From positions 12,462,001-12,526,000 of the forward strand of contig OX597826.1 in the NCBI GenBank assembly GCA_951406725.2: a DNA stretch of 64,000 bases, written 5' to 3'. Positions 26,949 through 42,439 of this stretch are shown here, piece after piece. Both the position numbers and the translations under genes were made by a program. The notes under the pieces are model-generated. The model saw nothing but the letters and a program-made list of their open reading frames with translations, was not told where the DNA came from and did no database searches. Each line of letters begins with the position of its first letter. Positions within the stretch are counted from its first letter, which is position 1. The DNA is from Octopus vulgaris. Its lineage: Eukaryota.

Positions 26949-28143
26949 AGTGCTGCTGCCTCTGATGCTGTTGCTACTGTTACTGTTTGTTTATCCCAAT
27001 ATATTGCTTGACAATTCCACTACTAGAACAGCCTCATTGACTCCCTATATGAATTCCATTGCTTTTATCATATTGGACCCAGTAAAATAAAATTCCTCAC
27101 GGCAAGGTTGGAATTAATAAAGTAACATAATGCATCTAAAGAACGTAAAGCTGTCTGACTCACAAAGATTTTTTGGCATTCCTATAATGTCTTACTGTCA
27201 CTTTAAACTTATTCTTTCAGTGCATAGAATTGGGGAAATTCCAAAATCTATCCGTGAGTTACAAAGTCGAAGAACGCAATTTTTGAATCTATCAATCCAG
27301 TGCAAAAGAATTTCTTTTTCCTTCTCTTCTGTTTTTAAGCTCCTTCTATTGTCAGATCTTTAGAAATATTTAAAGCTGTAATCGTTAAAAGCAAGTAGCT
27401 CGTTTCCTGACTGTGGATATGACAAATTGTATCCCTCATAATAGAAATGTATGCCTTACGTAATATACAAATCATTAGATACAATGGAATGTTCTAAGAA
27501 AATTTGTTATAATCAATACTTTTAGTGGAAACATGGTTATTCTACGTATACATGAAAGAGATTGTAAGATTATATAGTCTTATATATCGTTGCAAACCTC
27601 ACTGACTAAAACTGTTTTGGTTTCATTATTTTTACCAAAATAGTTTACATTTTATATAAGATAGAAAAATATTATTTCAACGTTTCATTTGTGATAGATT
27701 TTCACCGATTTTTATTTGCAAAGCCCACTGTGATTTCTAAGATAATTATACAGTTTCCGTATCTACGATATAAAACGTTTTTGATATTCAAGAACATTAC
27801 AGTTATCTTAGCTATAAATAGCTGACTTAGCTGCAATTTCTGAGAGATCCCAATCAGTATAGAAATTCTCTAGATTCACATTGATGAGATTATTTTCCAC
27901 GGAAAGTTTTACTGTTTGATCTCAGTTTAAATTCGTTGGAATTTCACGTGTGATATTTCCTTGTAGGTCTTCAGGAGTTGATTTATGTCGTGTAACATCA
28001 CTTATACGGTTTCGTATTTTTGTTTTTTACTCTGTCATATATTTCTTGAGATCTGACGGTCTTTTATCACAATAAACTGTAAAATGTTCAGGTACATACA
28101 GTTGATCATAATCTTTGTCTGCGTTAATATCTACCTATATGTT

Positions 28144-28543
28144 AAGACGACGAGCTGGCAGAACTGTTAGCACGCCGGGCGAAATGTTTAGCAGTATTTC
28201 GTCTGTCGCTACGTTCCGAGTTCAAATTCCGCCGATTTCGACTTTGCCTTTCATCCTTTCGGGATCGATAAATTAAGTACCAGTTACGCACTGGCGTCAA
28301 TGTAATCGGCTTAATCCGTTTGTCTGTCCTTGTTTGTCCTCTATGTGTATAACCCCTTGTGGGCAGTAAAGAAATAGGTATTTCATCTGTCTTTACATTC
28401 TGAATTCAAATTCCGCCGAGGTCGACTTAGTCTTTCAACCTTTGGGGGTCAACCTTTCGGGGTACCAGGTGAGTACTGGGGTCCATCTAATCGACTGGCC
28501 TCCCTCACCAAATATTTCGGGCCTTGTGCCTAGAATAGAAAAG
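28144..28543 (+). mobile_element. Composite (dimeric) SINE A
   Basis: same two-part structure as 1297-1697; TSD AATATCTA(C/A)CTATAT at 28126-28140 and 28544-28558. Confidence 0.9.
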
Positions 28544-28563
28544 AATATCTAACTATATTCACC

Positions 28564-28830
28564 GTGAGTGCGCATGGCTTAATGGTTTTGGTGTTGTACC
28601 CACGATTGCGAGATCACGGTTTCAGTTCTCAGACCGGGTGGTTTGTTGTGTTGTTGAGCAAAGCACTTTATCTTACGTTACTCTGCATTCACTTGGACAC
28701 CTGATGCGTGGTTTACTATGCACATTTTCAGACGACGTCGATTTTGGTGGAGAGAGTGAGCTACTGTGCGGGACGAACATTTGTGCAGGTTATTCAGAAA
28801 AAGCTGAACGCTCATACGTCGTTTTCGACG
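28564..28830 (+). mobile_element. Third, older tRNA-derived SINE
   Basis: GCGCATGGCTTAATGGTT A-box-like start, GTGTTGTTGAGCAAAGCACTTTA CORE/V-like segment. Confidence 0.55.
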
Positions 28831-29061
28831 GAAGAGTTTATGATATTTATTATATAGAAATATGTATATCGATGTACAATGACATGAAAACGTAGGTAGA
28901 AATAAATATATTTTAGTATTGAACACTGAGGTCGATTTAATCGACTTTGGCCCTCTTTCAAATCTGTTCCAAAATTTTCAATAAGTATTATGTTAATATA
29001 TAGCATATCTTTAACTGAATACATTTTTCATACTTTGTATGTACATATACACGCTATAAAC

Positions 29062-29116
<55 letters not shown>

Positions 29117-29213
29117 TGTATGTTTGTATGTGTGTATGTATATATTTATATGTGTCACTATGCTTTTCGGTATGCAGGAATGGAAGATTCTTTGATGCTA
29201 TGTATATACACAT

Positions 29214-29248
<35 letters not shown>

Positions 29249-29297
29249 CACACACACACATATATATATATATGCAGATCTCTCTTTCTCTCTCTCT

Positions 29298-29339
<42 letters not shown>

Positions 29340-32300
29340 ATTTTACGATATATATATATTTACACCTACACATACATATACATATGTCTGTATGTACTAT
29401 ATATGTTTGCATGCATGTATGTGTAAACAGAGTGGGGAAAGAGACACGGAATTTAGAAACACGGAAGCGAATGAATCACGTGGTCTTCGTAAATGCATTT
29501 TACAGCAACAGGATTTCTCAGGAGATTTCGATAATGACTATATCAGTACAATTGCAGCAGCACTGTATAACTGTTTGTGTCTACTCTTGTCACTTGAATT
29601 TTGTCGTTTCTTTTCATTGCCTTTTCAAAATAAACGTCAATGAATTTGAATAAATAGTTTGCTTTCACCTGACTAGGTAATACACAACTTTTTATGTCGA
29701 TTTTTTTTCATTGCCTTCTCCCTGGAGGCAAGGATAGCTGTTTCTTTTATCTCCTTAACCATTTGATGATTCTTGTTCTTTCTTTCCTTTTTACTATTGA
29801 GTTATATTTGACTTCTTCCAGAATCAACACTGAACACGAACTGAATTTGCACCCAGCTTGTTTCGATGTTGTAACTAGGTTATATCATGTTTGCACGGAG
29901 CATCTGCTAATGTAAACAATAGTGCCATACTAACGAGGATAATTCAATGAATACAGCAGCACAACAATTTAAATTACGCTATTTTCATGAATTTTTTTTT
30001 ATGATGCAAAAACTACTTCGTATGGCTAAATCTGTTTTAGAACATTTTGCTGATCTCAATTTACTAAGCATTTGGCTGTGTCAATTTGGAACCTGCCATA
30101 TAACTAGATTGTCGAGCTTTAAGATAACCACATTTTTGAATAAGGATGGAATTATTTTGGAAACCAATACATAATATAACTTAAACAAGATGAAGTTTTG
30201 CGCGTAAATTGTACCAATTATTTTATTGACACTATCATCTGCATGTAGTTATCGTGCAATTAATGCAGTTCGATTTGTCCTCAGGACAATCAAATTAGAG
30301 ATCTGCTACGGCCCAATTACACGCTTATGCAACTAAATTTTGCAATTAACGCAGAATAATTTGACTTTTAATACGACATGATTATGCGTTTTAATACATC
30401 TTTATATCAAACAAATTACTGTCCACAAAAACAATTTCTACAAAATATTTTGTTTATTCTGTTCAATTAACATTGTTTTCATATCCCCAAAATAACTGAA
30501 CATTAAATAGAAAACAACAATGTGAATCAATAAAAATTTCAATACAACGAGTAAATATATAGCTCAAGGTTATTTTCAAGACATATGAAGAAGCAACGTC
30601 TATTAAAAAAATATATTATAAAATTGTTATGTTATATTTTTAAAAGAGACATGCCAATTAACGGCTAATTCTAAAATGGTGTGTGTTGATCGAAATAGAA
30701 GGGAAAATAATAATACGCGGCCAAAGCATGTAAAATAGTAATACAAACAAAAAGGAAAAAAGATATTGTTGCGAAACGGTTTTCATCGAAAGAAAAACAA
30801 ATGTTTAAATTGTATTTTAGTGAAATAAAAGTACAATTGACGCATGTTGTAAGAAAAAAAGCTACCAATCACTGTTTCGTTCTTCGTTGTTATTCATATA
30901 AAAACTTCAAGAATTTGTGATGTATATTTACACTCTCTATTTCCAATAACAAAGAAGATACTCTCATATAAGTGAATTATAAAACTACTAGGTTTATATA
31001 CACGCAACTATATCTTTTGACTACATGCATACAAATATTGAAATTGGTGACGTGTGGAAATGTTTAAGCTCCTTCATGGAAACATAATTATATTCTTCAG
31101 CACAAATCCCAAAAGTCCCTGTAGTTATCATTCAAGAACAACTCTTATTAAATGATGAAATGAAATACATCTAAGCCCCAAATGATATTTCATATGATTG
31201 AAGCTCTGTGTAATAAGAATTAGCAAAATATTTAGTATGAGAGAGCTGGATAGCAGTACTTGATGAAAATCTCGAAATGATACATTGACAAAGAAAAACG
31301 AAAAGAAATTTATCTGATGTTTGTGTCGTATAAGCTTATACCTGACAAAAGCATGGAGGTAACGGAATGAATTGGACTTAAAACTCTTATAAAACTAAAG
31401 CTACTGGAATTCAAAGAAACTATTCATTATGAGCTAAATTAATCCTTCTTTAATTACCTTTCTCTTTTCAGATAAGTAGAACGGACAGCAAGGGAAATCA
31501 ATCAATCATCTATAGTATTCCTTTTAAACTGAAAGCCATTAACTTAGTTAAAAGAACTTGTTGAATTATACCTTGTATTGAAAAAGCTAAAACTAAAGAT
31601 GAGTTGTTCAAATCTACTAGAAAAGCTCTAATTACGTCGGTGTTTCATATTATCTTCATGTAAAGCACAAAATGTCAGTTAAGCGTATAAAAGTCTCTGT
31701 ACTCCGACACGAATTATTGTTGATTATTTTACATATCTATCTAAATATAGGAAAATTTATAATCACTAGATGTTATATACGAAATTATGTGCTCATATAT
31801 TTCCATACACACATAGAAATGTTTATTTCTGAAGTAATATTATCTCAATTAAATATATTTATAGAAATAAAAATTATTATAAAAAATACTATAGGGTATT
31901 TTAGGTAAGTTAGACAGTTATCCTCATTAAATTGTGATCACACAACAATATAAAAAAAAACTCACCTCAAACATAATAAGACACGGTATCATCAACAGAT
32001 ATTTTTAGACAATGAATTTGACTTGTATAATGTTCAGCGCCATTGTTGCTTATATGAACTATTTTAACGAGTTAAAATGTATTCGAATTTTATTATAATT
32101 TACTATATTAAATACACATCAAGCTACATATACTTAAGATATGAATCTTCGAATTGCAGGCAAAAATAATCAGCTTCAAGGATAAAAGAATCTCTAGTTG
32201 AACAAGTAATTTTCATCTTAGTCTGAGCCGCCTCCAGGTGAACTATAGTTGAAGTTATGTGAGATGAAGATAACTTTTGAGGTTGCAGTTATAATAAATG

Positions 32301-32705
32301 CGCGGAAAGAAACGTAGCAAATGATTAGTTCTAGTAATTAGGACGAAATAGTGTGTGATTAGAAGTAAACACTGTTGTGTTCAAATGAGTTGGATTAATG
32401 GTCAGTTAGGCAAAGCGAGAATGGAAACTCTACACACATTGCAATTTCGACATATATATATACTGACTCGAAAACACTCATGCATACACCAAGTGTATTC
32501 ATTTGTGAGAATGATGATAGCTTTTTTAAAAAAAAAAAATATATGACTGTTTTCTCCTTTTAGTTTTTATTTTCAATTGTGATTCAATTTACTTCATCAA
32601 TGTAGACAATATTAACATTGCTGTTGGCGTAGAATTTTGCGTGTATGAAGCAATCCAAACACAAATATATAAAGTGACACACACACTCTCTCTCACACAC
32701 ACACA

Positions 32706-32767
<62 letters not shown>

Positions 32768-33479
32768 TGTATAGGGATGTGTTTTTTTAATTTTCATTCT
32801 CCATCTGTATGTCTATCTGTCTCTCTTTGTCTCTCTCTCTCTCTCTCGCTTTCTCTGTCTGTCTGTCAGTCTGTCACTGTCTGTCTCTGTCTGTAAATAC
32901 ACACACAGACGCACACACACACAAAGCAATTGTATATAATTACATACATAATACTTACATAAAGCTCACATGCGTACATATATATACGTACATACATACA
33001 TACATACATACATACACACATACATACATACACACATACATACATACATACATACATACATACATACATACATACATACATACAAGTGGATGACATGTTT
33101 TGTGCGTAATATAAAAATAACGTCATAGAAAGCAGATGAAATTTAAACACATCGGCACTCACACGCACTCACTACTCCCCCCCCCCCACATGCACTCTCA
33201 CATATAAAAACGTTTCTACTTATATTTTCGAAAAAAGAGTTGGTTATTGTCTTCACTATTACTCGGAGTTTTAGACAGGCAAAATATATTTCCACTTAGC
33301 ACTTTATATCTCTATTTTTAATGGCCAATACTTGTCACGGGATTAAATGATGTATTAAACGAGGGTGTTATTAATTATTATAATCTAAGGAAATAATTCT
33401 AACCATTCCTGGCTTGTAGTTATCAGGAGCTATTACTCTACAGTGTCATCTCATAGTTAAGAATTTGACTAATTTAACC

Positions 33480-33900
33480 GTGAAGTTATCCGGAAGAAAA
33501 AACATGTCCTGGTACAGATATGGATAATCCGTCTTGCCTCAGATTAAGTTATATAACTGAATGCTCTTGATATCTGAGATATTTTCTTCAGACAAACCTT
33601 ACAGTTTCATAATCCGATGGAGTATCACAAGACTGGGCGATGACACTCCAAGATATTGGAGCCATTTCGATCCTCAGTTGCTTCCTGAACTCCGAGGCGA
33701 ATCGGAACGATGTTTTTCTTATTACTCATCTAAATGTTGGAAATATTGGTACAGAAGGGTGGTTGTGCTGGGTATACAACTGCACGGAAGAAGCAGATAC
33801 TTCACTCTGCTAGTAGATGACTTTCAGAGGTTTAGAAGTTTACTGTTGTGGATATAACTTTATTCTCTGCATATCTTCTGACTGATTACTCGTATTATTT
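33480..33900 (-). mobile_element. Highly decayed RTE-like RT fragment
   Basis: SKLLNL..RVKYLL and LQYLGV resemble RTE DGKLFNL..LLFADD and YLG motifs. Confidence 0.35.
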
Positions 33901-36099
33901 ACTGGTAGACAACTCTACGTAACAATGAAAAGAATGAACAACTATTTCCTAAAATATGAAGGAATATGTATATGCGTGCATCTGTTTCTATGCTAATTTT
34001 AGCGCTTTCATTTTGCATAGCACAAGGGTTCAGAATTGAAACATCACACCGAAAGTCATTCGATATGATATTCGATATTCCATTAAGAAAGAAAGAAAAA
34101 ACACAAAAAAAACCCCCACAAAAATTAATCGCTCTCGTGAATTACTTATTTGAAAAGTTCTGTGTCTATCAACGTTTCATTGCATTATCGCAACATTGCG
34201 TCTGAAATGAAATATACTTCACGAGGAACCAAAAGGAAAACCTGATTTCAATATTGATTTCCTTTTTGTCAAAGAAGTATTAATACCGCATAATTCATAA
34301 CGTTTAGTGTTTCAATTCGGGGTTTATAATTGAAAAATATATTAAGATGAAATTAATCGACTCTTTTGAATCCCATATGAATATTTGAGTGCAAAAGCGC
34401 AAGTTGCACGAAATATTTATCATTTATAATTTGTCTTGTACTTAATAAAAGGTTTATCATATTTACTTATTAATGTTGGTACGCAGAAAAACGGAATGTT
34501 TGAATCTACTTCTATAAATTACTGAAAGAAAAATTGGTGAATATATCTCTAATGCCATATATGGAAATGAGTCTAATTTGTTAAAGAACTCCGTGATGAC
34601 GTTGAAGAACTGAAAAAATTCTTTATCAATGCAAAGGCACATTCCATCTAAACAAGCACACAATTTAAAACAGGGAGATCATTTCGAGTTCCCTTTCTAT
34701 GAAGGTTCAAGTTATTAGTTGCCGACTGGTTTTGCAACCGGAAAACATGGGGCATTCCGTTTAATAATATATATATAAGAAACAAGTTATACATTGTTAA
34801 ATATACAGTAATTATATAATAATAAAAGTAGCATATTTCAGATATTTCAGAAACTCTCACACTTCATATTGAGCTCTGGTGCACCCAAGTGCACTTGTAT
34901 GGATTTTTTATTTGATACAGTGGGAGATGACGCATGAAGATGTACTGAGTGAATGCAATGGTAGCAGATGGTGAACAGTTTACAACATTAATATCCACAA
35001 CTCTCAAACTCTCTTCCTCGCTATAAAATTCTTCTGTCGTCAATACTACGCCTAGAAAAAATTGTGATCAAATAGAATGGTGAATTTATGTTCTTGATTA
35101 CTACTTCTGCATTTCATGTCCTAACTTTGATGCGCAGATGTATTGCTTGCTACAATATTGTGTCCAAACAGGTCAGTTCGTTCATCTTGGAGCATTTGAA
35201 AGTGATTACTTTTCCTTATAGTTTTTTTTCCCAGCTGCCCTTTTGAAGTCAACTAAAATTAACTGCCATGTCTCAGTATAGACAGACCCATAACCCTTCT
35301 TGAATATCTTGACTATACTCCAGAATAATGAACGCACATTCTTGTTTCACTATTTTCTCCCAGACTGCTTCCTCTGACATGATTTTATCCCAAGCTATCA
35401 GTTTCACTAGAAATATGAACAAAACGTCCATTTTTAAAAGTATTGTTGCTGACATTTTCGTATGAATTACTTATCACTGTCGTTGTTGTCGTTTCCAACA
35501 TCATCTTTCATTTGTTCTCGTTGTGTATGCGTCAGTTTTAATTGTGCTGTTACAATAATTTCCCCCCAATCCTTTGGCGTTTGATATGTGAGTGTTTGTG
35601 TCTGTCATAATGCTCATTTGCATTTCCTGTCTCTGAAATGTATCATCAATTTTTATTGTCGGAGAATCCACATGTTGCTTTGTGACGTTCTGTTGTGAAG
35701 CGTTTGCCAACGAAATACACAATATACACATGGCTAAATAACAGAACTTAAATCATACCTCAAACAGGAAAGCGCACAAATATAGAGAATGCCAAATTAA
35801 AATATTTCAAGAAGGAATTAAATGAAATGAATATCCTCTTTCAGAAAATTAGTGGTATTAACCCCAGATCATCGCAGCTCGTAAAAGAAGCCTTGCTACG
35901 GAAAGATAAGATAACTTCTAATTTTTCAAATAGACACAATGTCAGAAATTTAAGAACAGGATTTACTCGTTTAAATTGGCATCAGTAAAATCCCGGACGG
36001 AAGAAAAACCAAGGTGATTTCAGTGGTATTTGAACTTCATAACTTGCCACAACTCCCTCTGCACGTTCTGTTTGCTTTTTCCTTGAGTCAATTTTGGAA

Positions 36100-36800
36100 G
36101 ATTATATAATTTTCACTGTTCCTATAGTTTGTTACTGCTCTTCATTATCCATATCCTCCTGACAGTCGCTATATGCTGGGATACTACCATTCGCTTTGTT
36201 CGACAACGACAATTGTTCATATGTTTTGGTTTAAAAGGAAGTCTATTTGTTCTTCTTAATGATAGAACGGTGACGGTCTAAAAAGAAATAAAAACTGATT
36301 TATAGTGCTCTTTCTACCATCGTCATGTTTCCAACGACTTTGTGTTGGAAACTCGCAAATGATTCTAACTGTATGAATAAGGCCGCAATCCGTTGTGCAC
36401 ATATGCCAGCTCCGTTATGATCCTATGCTACGACAGCTAATGGGCTAAAACCATCATCAACATCTTTCCTTCTAACCATCTTGTGTAATCTCTGTTAAGT
36501 GGAAATAGCCTCTGGACAAATGACCATGTGCCATTCCTGTTCGGCCTAGTCCCCTGTCTTAGCCTGAGGTTTGAAAACAGAGTAACAGAGTATATGGTAC
36601 CTGAAGCGCGATTCCATGAAATAAAGGAGATAACTCTTCACATATCGTCAAGTTCTTCTTTTGGCTATAGAACTCAGTTGAGGTGGAGAATTTTAGTAAC
36701 ATGTATCAACCACTGATTTCATTTCTCCAATCACTTGCTCGTAATGGATTTTTCTCTATAGATACCAAATGAAGCTGAAGATTTCCTCGTTACGTGTGTT
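36100..36800 (-). mobile_element. Highly decayed RTE-like RT fragment
   Basis: ITELAYV (cf. L.YADD) near 36400-36425. Confidence 0.35.
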
Positions 36801-36959
36801 GACAAAATATACATTTCAACTCCTGAAATATTTCCATACAAACTGCATGCATACACATACATGCACACATACAAATCCTCACAAGTAAGCACAATTACAC
36901 ACACTTATATTATATATACATGTACGTATAAAGGGAGAGATAGGTAAGTAACCAGATAA

Positions 36960-37010
<51 letters not shown>

Positions 37011-37061
37011 CATAGATACATAGATACATAGATACATAGATAGATATATAGATAGATAGAC

Positions 37062-37192
<131 letters not shown>

Positions 37193-37874
37193 TGCGGATA
37201 GAAAAGTGATACGAAGTAATTACTTGGATGATCAGACATCTAATGATTAGATTGCAATCAAGCCTTCAATCAAGTCTGGGGGAGAAAGATTGATCGATAC
37301 TCAGAACAACAAAAGACTTATAAAAGGTGTAATATAATCAGCGATTATTCCCAACACTGCACGGGGCCTGAAAAATTATTCTCGAAAGTAAACAAGATAA
37401 AGTTTGAATGACAGACATGTACTTCTTGTCAGATCATCTGTCTAGGTAAAGGAAACTCCGATGTAAAAATGTTTAAATCCGTCAGATTCTGCTCATTCCA
37501 CCATATTTTGGTCCAGGAAGAGGAACAGCTATTCCAGCTGAAAAGTGCAAGCCTCGTTCACTTTGGTTTCACGCAGTGCAACTTGATAAAAAGTGGTACC
37601 AAATCAGTCTTTGTTTTAATATGAGTCAGCGACAAGCCGCCATCACTGTAGTTTTAGTTTGGAAGCTCCTGAGAGTACATGGTACGTTTAGCCTAGCTGT
37701 AAACAAGAACAATTCTCAAGTCGCTTACAAGGTAGCATCCTAACTTGATTCTGCAGTTTATGTGGTTACAGTCTGTCTAAAATGCATGAATGTACTTGGA
37801 AACGAATTGACTTAATCCATCCAGCGATGCATCCATCGATCCATTGATGCATCCATCCATCCATCCATCCATCC

Positions 37875-37929
<55 letters not shown>

Positions 37930-37990
37930 CATCCATCCATCCATCCATCCATCCATTCATCCATCCATCCATCCATCCATCCATCTATCC

Positions 37991-38073
<83 letters not shown>

Positions 38074-38564
38074 AAACAATCTTTAAACATATTATGCTCG
38101 ACTAACCATGTGAAAATATCCCGACTAAATTCTGATATAACTGGTTGAAACAAATATTTAATCAAGTAATTCAACGAAAGTAGGCGGAAGGCCATTGTTG
38201 TTATTGAAATATGCTCTTTCAAATCAATTAGACGTATTTCATCAACCATTTTACTATAATGAAATCAGTTCATATGGAAAAATCTCATTTTCCTTTTAAT
38301 ATGTTGCAAGGGAATCGAATGGAAGTTCACATGTCCTTTTCCACTGTTTTTGGCTGGCGAATTGCATTAAATATGTCTGCAGCTTTTTGTATTAATCGAT
38401 AATAATAATGATAATAATAGTAGCAGTGTCGATGCACGAGGGATTGTAGTGTCATCTATCAAGTAACATATCCTTTATCTGTAATGGTGGAAGTAATGGG
38501 ATGTATGATAACACCGGATCCGATTTCATTAGTCTTTGTCACTGGATGATGGAGACTTATATAT

Positions 38565-38618
<54 letters not shown>

Positions 38619-38746
38619 GTATATTATATATTATATATATATATACATATATATACACGTTTCAGAAGTTGCAGATTGAAAGATAAGTATCCGTACTGTA
38701 ATATTATAATGTTATCTATGTGTCACAACTATTTCAATGTGGTGTA

Positions 38747-38852
<106 letters not shown>

Positions 38853-40059
38853 CATATATATATATATCTGTATATTCATACTTATAGGAGTACATCTTTA
38901 AACGTCCACGATCCTATCTATATATAATATGAACAATATATATATACACATCATCTCACTCTGCCTCTCTTTGTCTGTCTCCCTATGTCTACCACACTCC
39001 CCTCTCTCTCTATATATAGACATATATATGTATGTATACTCACTCACACACACACATATATATATATATGTGTGTATGTATGTATATACATACACAGAGC
39101 CTCAAACGAGCTCACAGACACGGATTAGACACGCACACAAACTCACGCTTATATAAATAACAATTACGAATATGTATCGATAGATATTTGGATGAAATGC
39201 TTAGCAATATAAGCTCGAAATATTTTCACAGTGTGTTCAGATCCGGTCGAGATCAACTTTGTCTTCCATTCATCCGGAGTCTATAATTATACTATTATAA
39301 ATGACATACTGGTATTTACTTAGTCGCCATTTTTTTTCTTTTACTTCATGCTGGCAACTCTTACCATTTTACTGCAGCAAAGATGCGTTAGTCTTTGCTC
39401 TTCCTTTGGCTAACTTTCAAAGCGATTGTAAAAGTGAGCTGCTACATGACCAACTGCTAGTTTTCCATATGGCATTAACCTGGCCTACAGTCAAGAGGAG
39501 ATTCTAATATCGCGTCCCCGCTCTCTGCCAGCAAAAACTGAATCAACGTAGTGCACGCATTCATATTCACATACTTTAAAGACATACAGATGCCAAAGCA
39601 ATTTATTTACGTACAATACTTTGTTAGTCTTTTACTTATTTTAGTCATTAGACCGTTGTTGTGAGCGAGATCCTACTCTCAAGGGAGAATGCAATTTTGG
39701 ATGTTTATTTGTCCCCAACTTTACACTTATGCATTTGCGCACTGGAAACTGGATTTGCAATACATTGCTACGCTACGCCCAGTTTGCCGGAACATGACTC
39801 TTTTGACCCTATGGAATAACATATTGCAGCATGTGTATTTTAACACAGTAATGTACTACACGTTTGCATATATGTCGCAGATATAAACAACAGGAGACCA
39901 AGAACAGAGCATCTAAGCGCATAACATGCATAATACCATGACACTTTTCGCCTTCACTCCTTTATAAACATGAGCTCCTATGCATATTACAGAGGGTTTG
40001 GGCATTAAATCGTTTGTATGGACACTCAGTGCGTGAAAACGGACGAAATGCCGCCAAGC

Positions 40060-40097
<38 letters not shown>

Positions 40098-41053
40098 ATT
40101 GTAATCGCTATAACGCATGTAGAATACTGGAGCACTCATTCAGCTCACTAAACAATATATTAATTAACCGGTTTAATACGAATAGATTTTAGATTCTAAC
40201 TATTTGTTGAATGAATGGGAAAAGTGAGGCGCGTCAGTAATTTTTTTTTTTTTTTTCTGTTTAACGTGCCTCAGCAGATTTTTCTATGATGCTTACGTTC
40301 AGTTTTAGCTTCAGCTTGAAATTTGTGTATAATTTCTTGGAAAGGTCGTCAGTGTCAATGGACAAATTCTTCTGATCATGGCTGTTTAAGAATTGATTTT
40401 ATACGTTGCGCTAATGCAATGGATAAATATATATTTATCTGTACGTAAACGAAAGCGTGTACAACACCGTATATTAGTCTCCATCCGATGTTTCTTAGTA
40501 GCACTAGATGTGTATGAAATTGGTCCAAACTATGCAAATGTCAGTACCTATGAAATTATGTAAGCATACATGAGTTGCATGTGTGTGTGTGTGTGTGTGT
40601 TTGCGTGAGTGCACTTCTGTTTATACTTTATTGCACTTTACATATAATGTACATCTCTGCGGGTTTCATTTTGTCTATGTATGTACGCATTTAACTGCTG
40701 TTTAATGTTCACACCCATACACATAAATGTAGACACAAACACACACACACACACACACACACAGACGCACGTACACTCACACACATAATCACATCTGCAC
40801 GATTATGGATATACCTATACGCAGTTACCTATATCTACACTTATCTATACATATCTACATACAAATACAAGGGAGATTCTAAGTTATCACTCAATCTGCT
40901 AGAAATAGCAGTAAAATCTCTGTCAACTCTCTGTTACGCTAGCTCCATAAAAAGTAACAAATCTTAGAGGTAGAAGAAATAGAGTGTCCAAGGTTAAATA
41001 GAATATAGTAGCTGGCCTCGTGCCGCCAAAAAAGACGGCCATTTGTAGTATTT

Positions 41054-41175
41054 TGCGGAGGTAAAGAATACGCACGCCCCCCGTTTTTGGCGTAATCCTA
41101 ACCTTAACCTAAACCTTGACCCTAACCCCTAATCCTAACCCTAAACAACCGGTGTGCGTATTCTTTTCCTTCGCC
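41054..41175. mobile_element. Mutator-like MITE containing degenerate (CCCTAA)n
   Basis: 21-bp TIRs (19/21) at 41055-41075/41154-41174; perfect 9-bp TSD GTAGTATTT at 41045-41053 and 41176-41184. Confidence 0.85.
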
Positions 41176-41709
41176 GTAGTATTTTATATATAAATAAAGT
41201 ACAAAACCAAGTTTTTAGTTTAATTATTCTCTCATTACTAAATTTTTTTGTGAAAAATCTATCCGCAATTAACATCCCTTGACTACTTGTTTCCTTCAAA
41301 AGAATTTTCCTTCTTTGTTGTACGAATTTCCTTCCTACTTTTACGACTTAAGGCCACATAAAGCTGGCTGTGACTAAATACGGGAGCTGGCAAGTGAATA
41401 TGAACGTTTTCGAAGCGACGTTTCTTTTCAAGTGAGCTCTCCATTACTGAAACCAACCTAAACTTATTTGACTTACGGCCACAAAAAACAGTCCCTATTC
41501 AAAATTTATTACATAAATGTGTTAATATAAATAAATTAGGCACATGCATGAACTGGTTGATGTGTATTTACAATATACTTTTCAACTGCAGTCGTTTTAA
41601 ACTCTTGATACCCTCAGCCATTATTTTCTCTAATGAGTTTGTATATGTATATGCTTGTGTAGATGGGGGTGATTGTAATAATTATTTGTAACACAATAGA
41701 TAAAATATG

Positions 41710-42437
41710 GATGGTAACTCAAATTAATACGCTACGATGTATGGACTTGTACAAAGTTTGAATTGTTTCCAAAGGAATTTTTGTCCATTCTTCAACTAAA
41801 ACAGTCTCCAGTTCTTGTAGTGATGATGGTGGACTCCTTGCTTATTTTTCTAACATGCACCATAAATGTTCAATAGTATTGATATCTGGGAGCTGTGGTG
41901 GACAAATAAGATGTTCAAATTCACTAGAATGTTCCTCGTGTCATTTAGTAACAACTTTAGCTGTGTGAATTGGTGCATTATCATCCTGAAAGATTACGTT
42001 TCCCTCCGGAAGCAGTTCCGCAAACACAGGATGAATTTGATCAGATAAGATGCTTAAATAGTCTGGACTATTAGTTCTGCCATGAAGGAAAACCAGTGGG
42101 CCGGCGGATTTCCAAGATATAACCCCCCTCCTCCGATATCATCACATATCCTCCTCCCTGTTTAACAGTTGGAAGAAGAAGGCAGTCTAGGTCAAATACT
42201 TCTTTTGGCTGTCTCCACATGCATACTCGGCCGGTGGTCGGAAATAAGGTAAAGGATTACTCGTCCGAGAAAACAACACCTTTCCACTGCTCTAGGGATC
42301 AATTCTGTAGGTTTTTACTCTAACAAACGCTTTGCAACGTTTGTTCTTGAAGGTACGGTTTTCTGATTGCGACCCTCCTGTGAAATCCAGTTTTGAAAAG
42401 CTCCCGACGAACAGTTTTTTCTGGAAACTGGGTTCCC
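41710..42437 (-). mobile_element. Tc1 (DD34E-type) transposase remnant
   Basis: TVRREL..GF..RVAIRKP, VVFSDE, PTVKQGGG, IFQDDNAPIH, PPQLPDINTIEHLW. Confidence 0.9.
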
Positions 42438-42439
42438 AG

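Noticed and set aside
33561-33857. 98-aa plus-strand ORF with a good acceptor at ~33590 as a host exon
   Set aside because: No convincing donor or recognisable domain; the opposite strand resembles a decayed RTE reverse transcriptase
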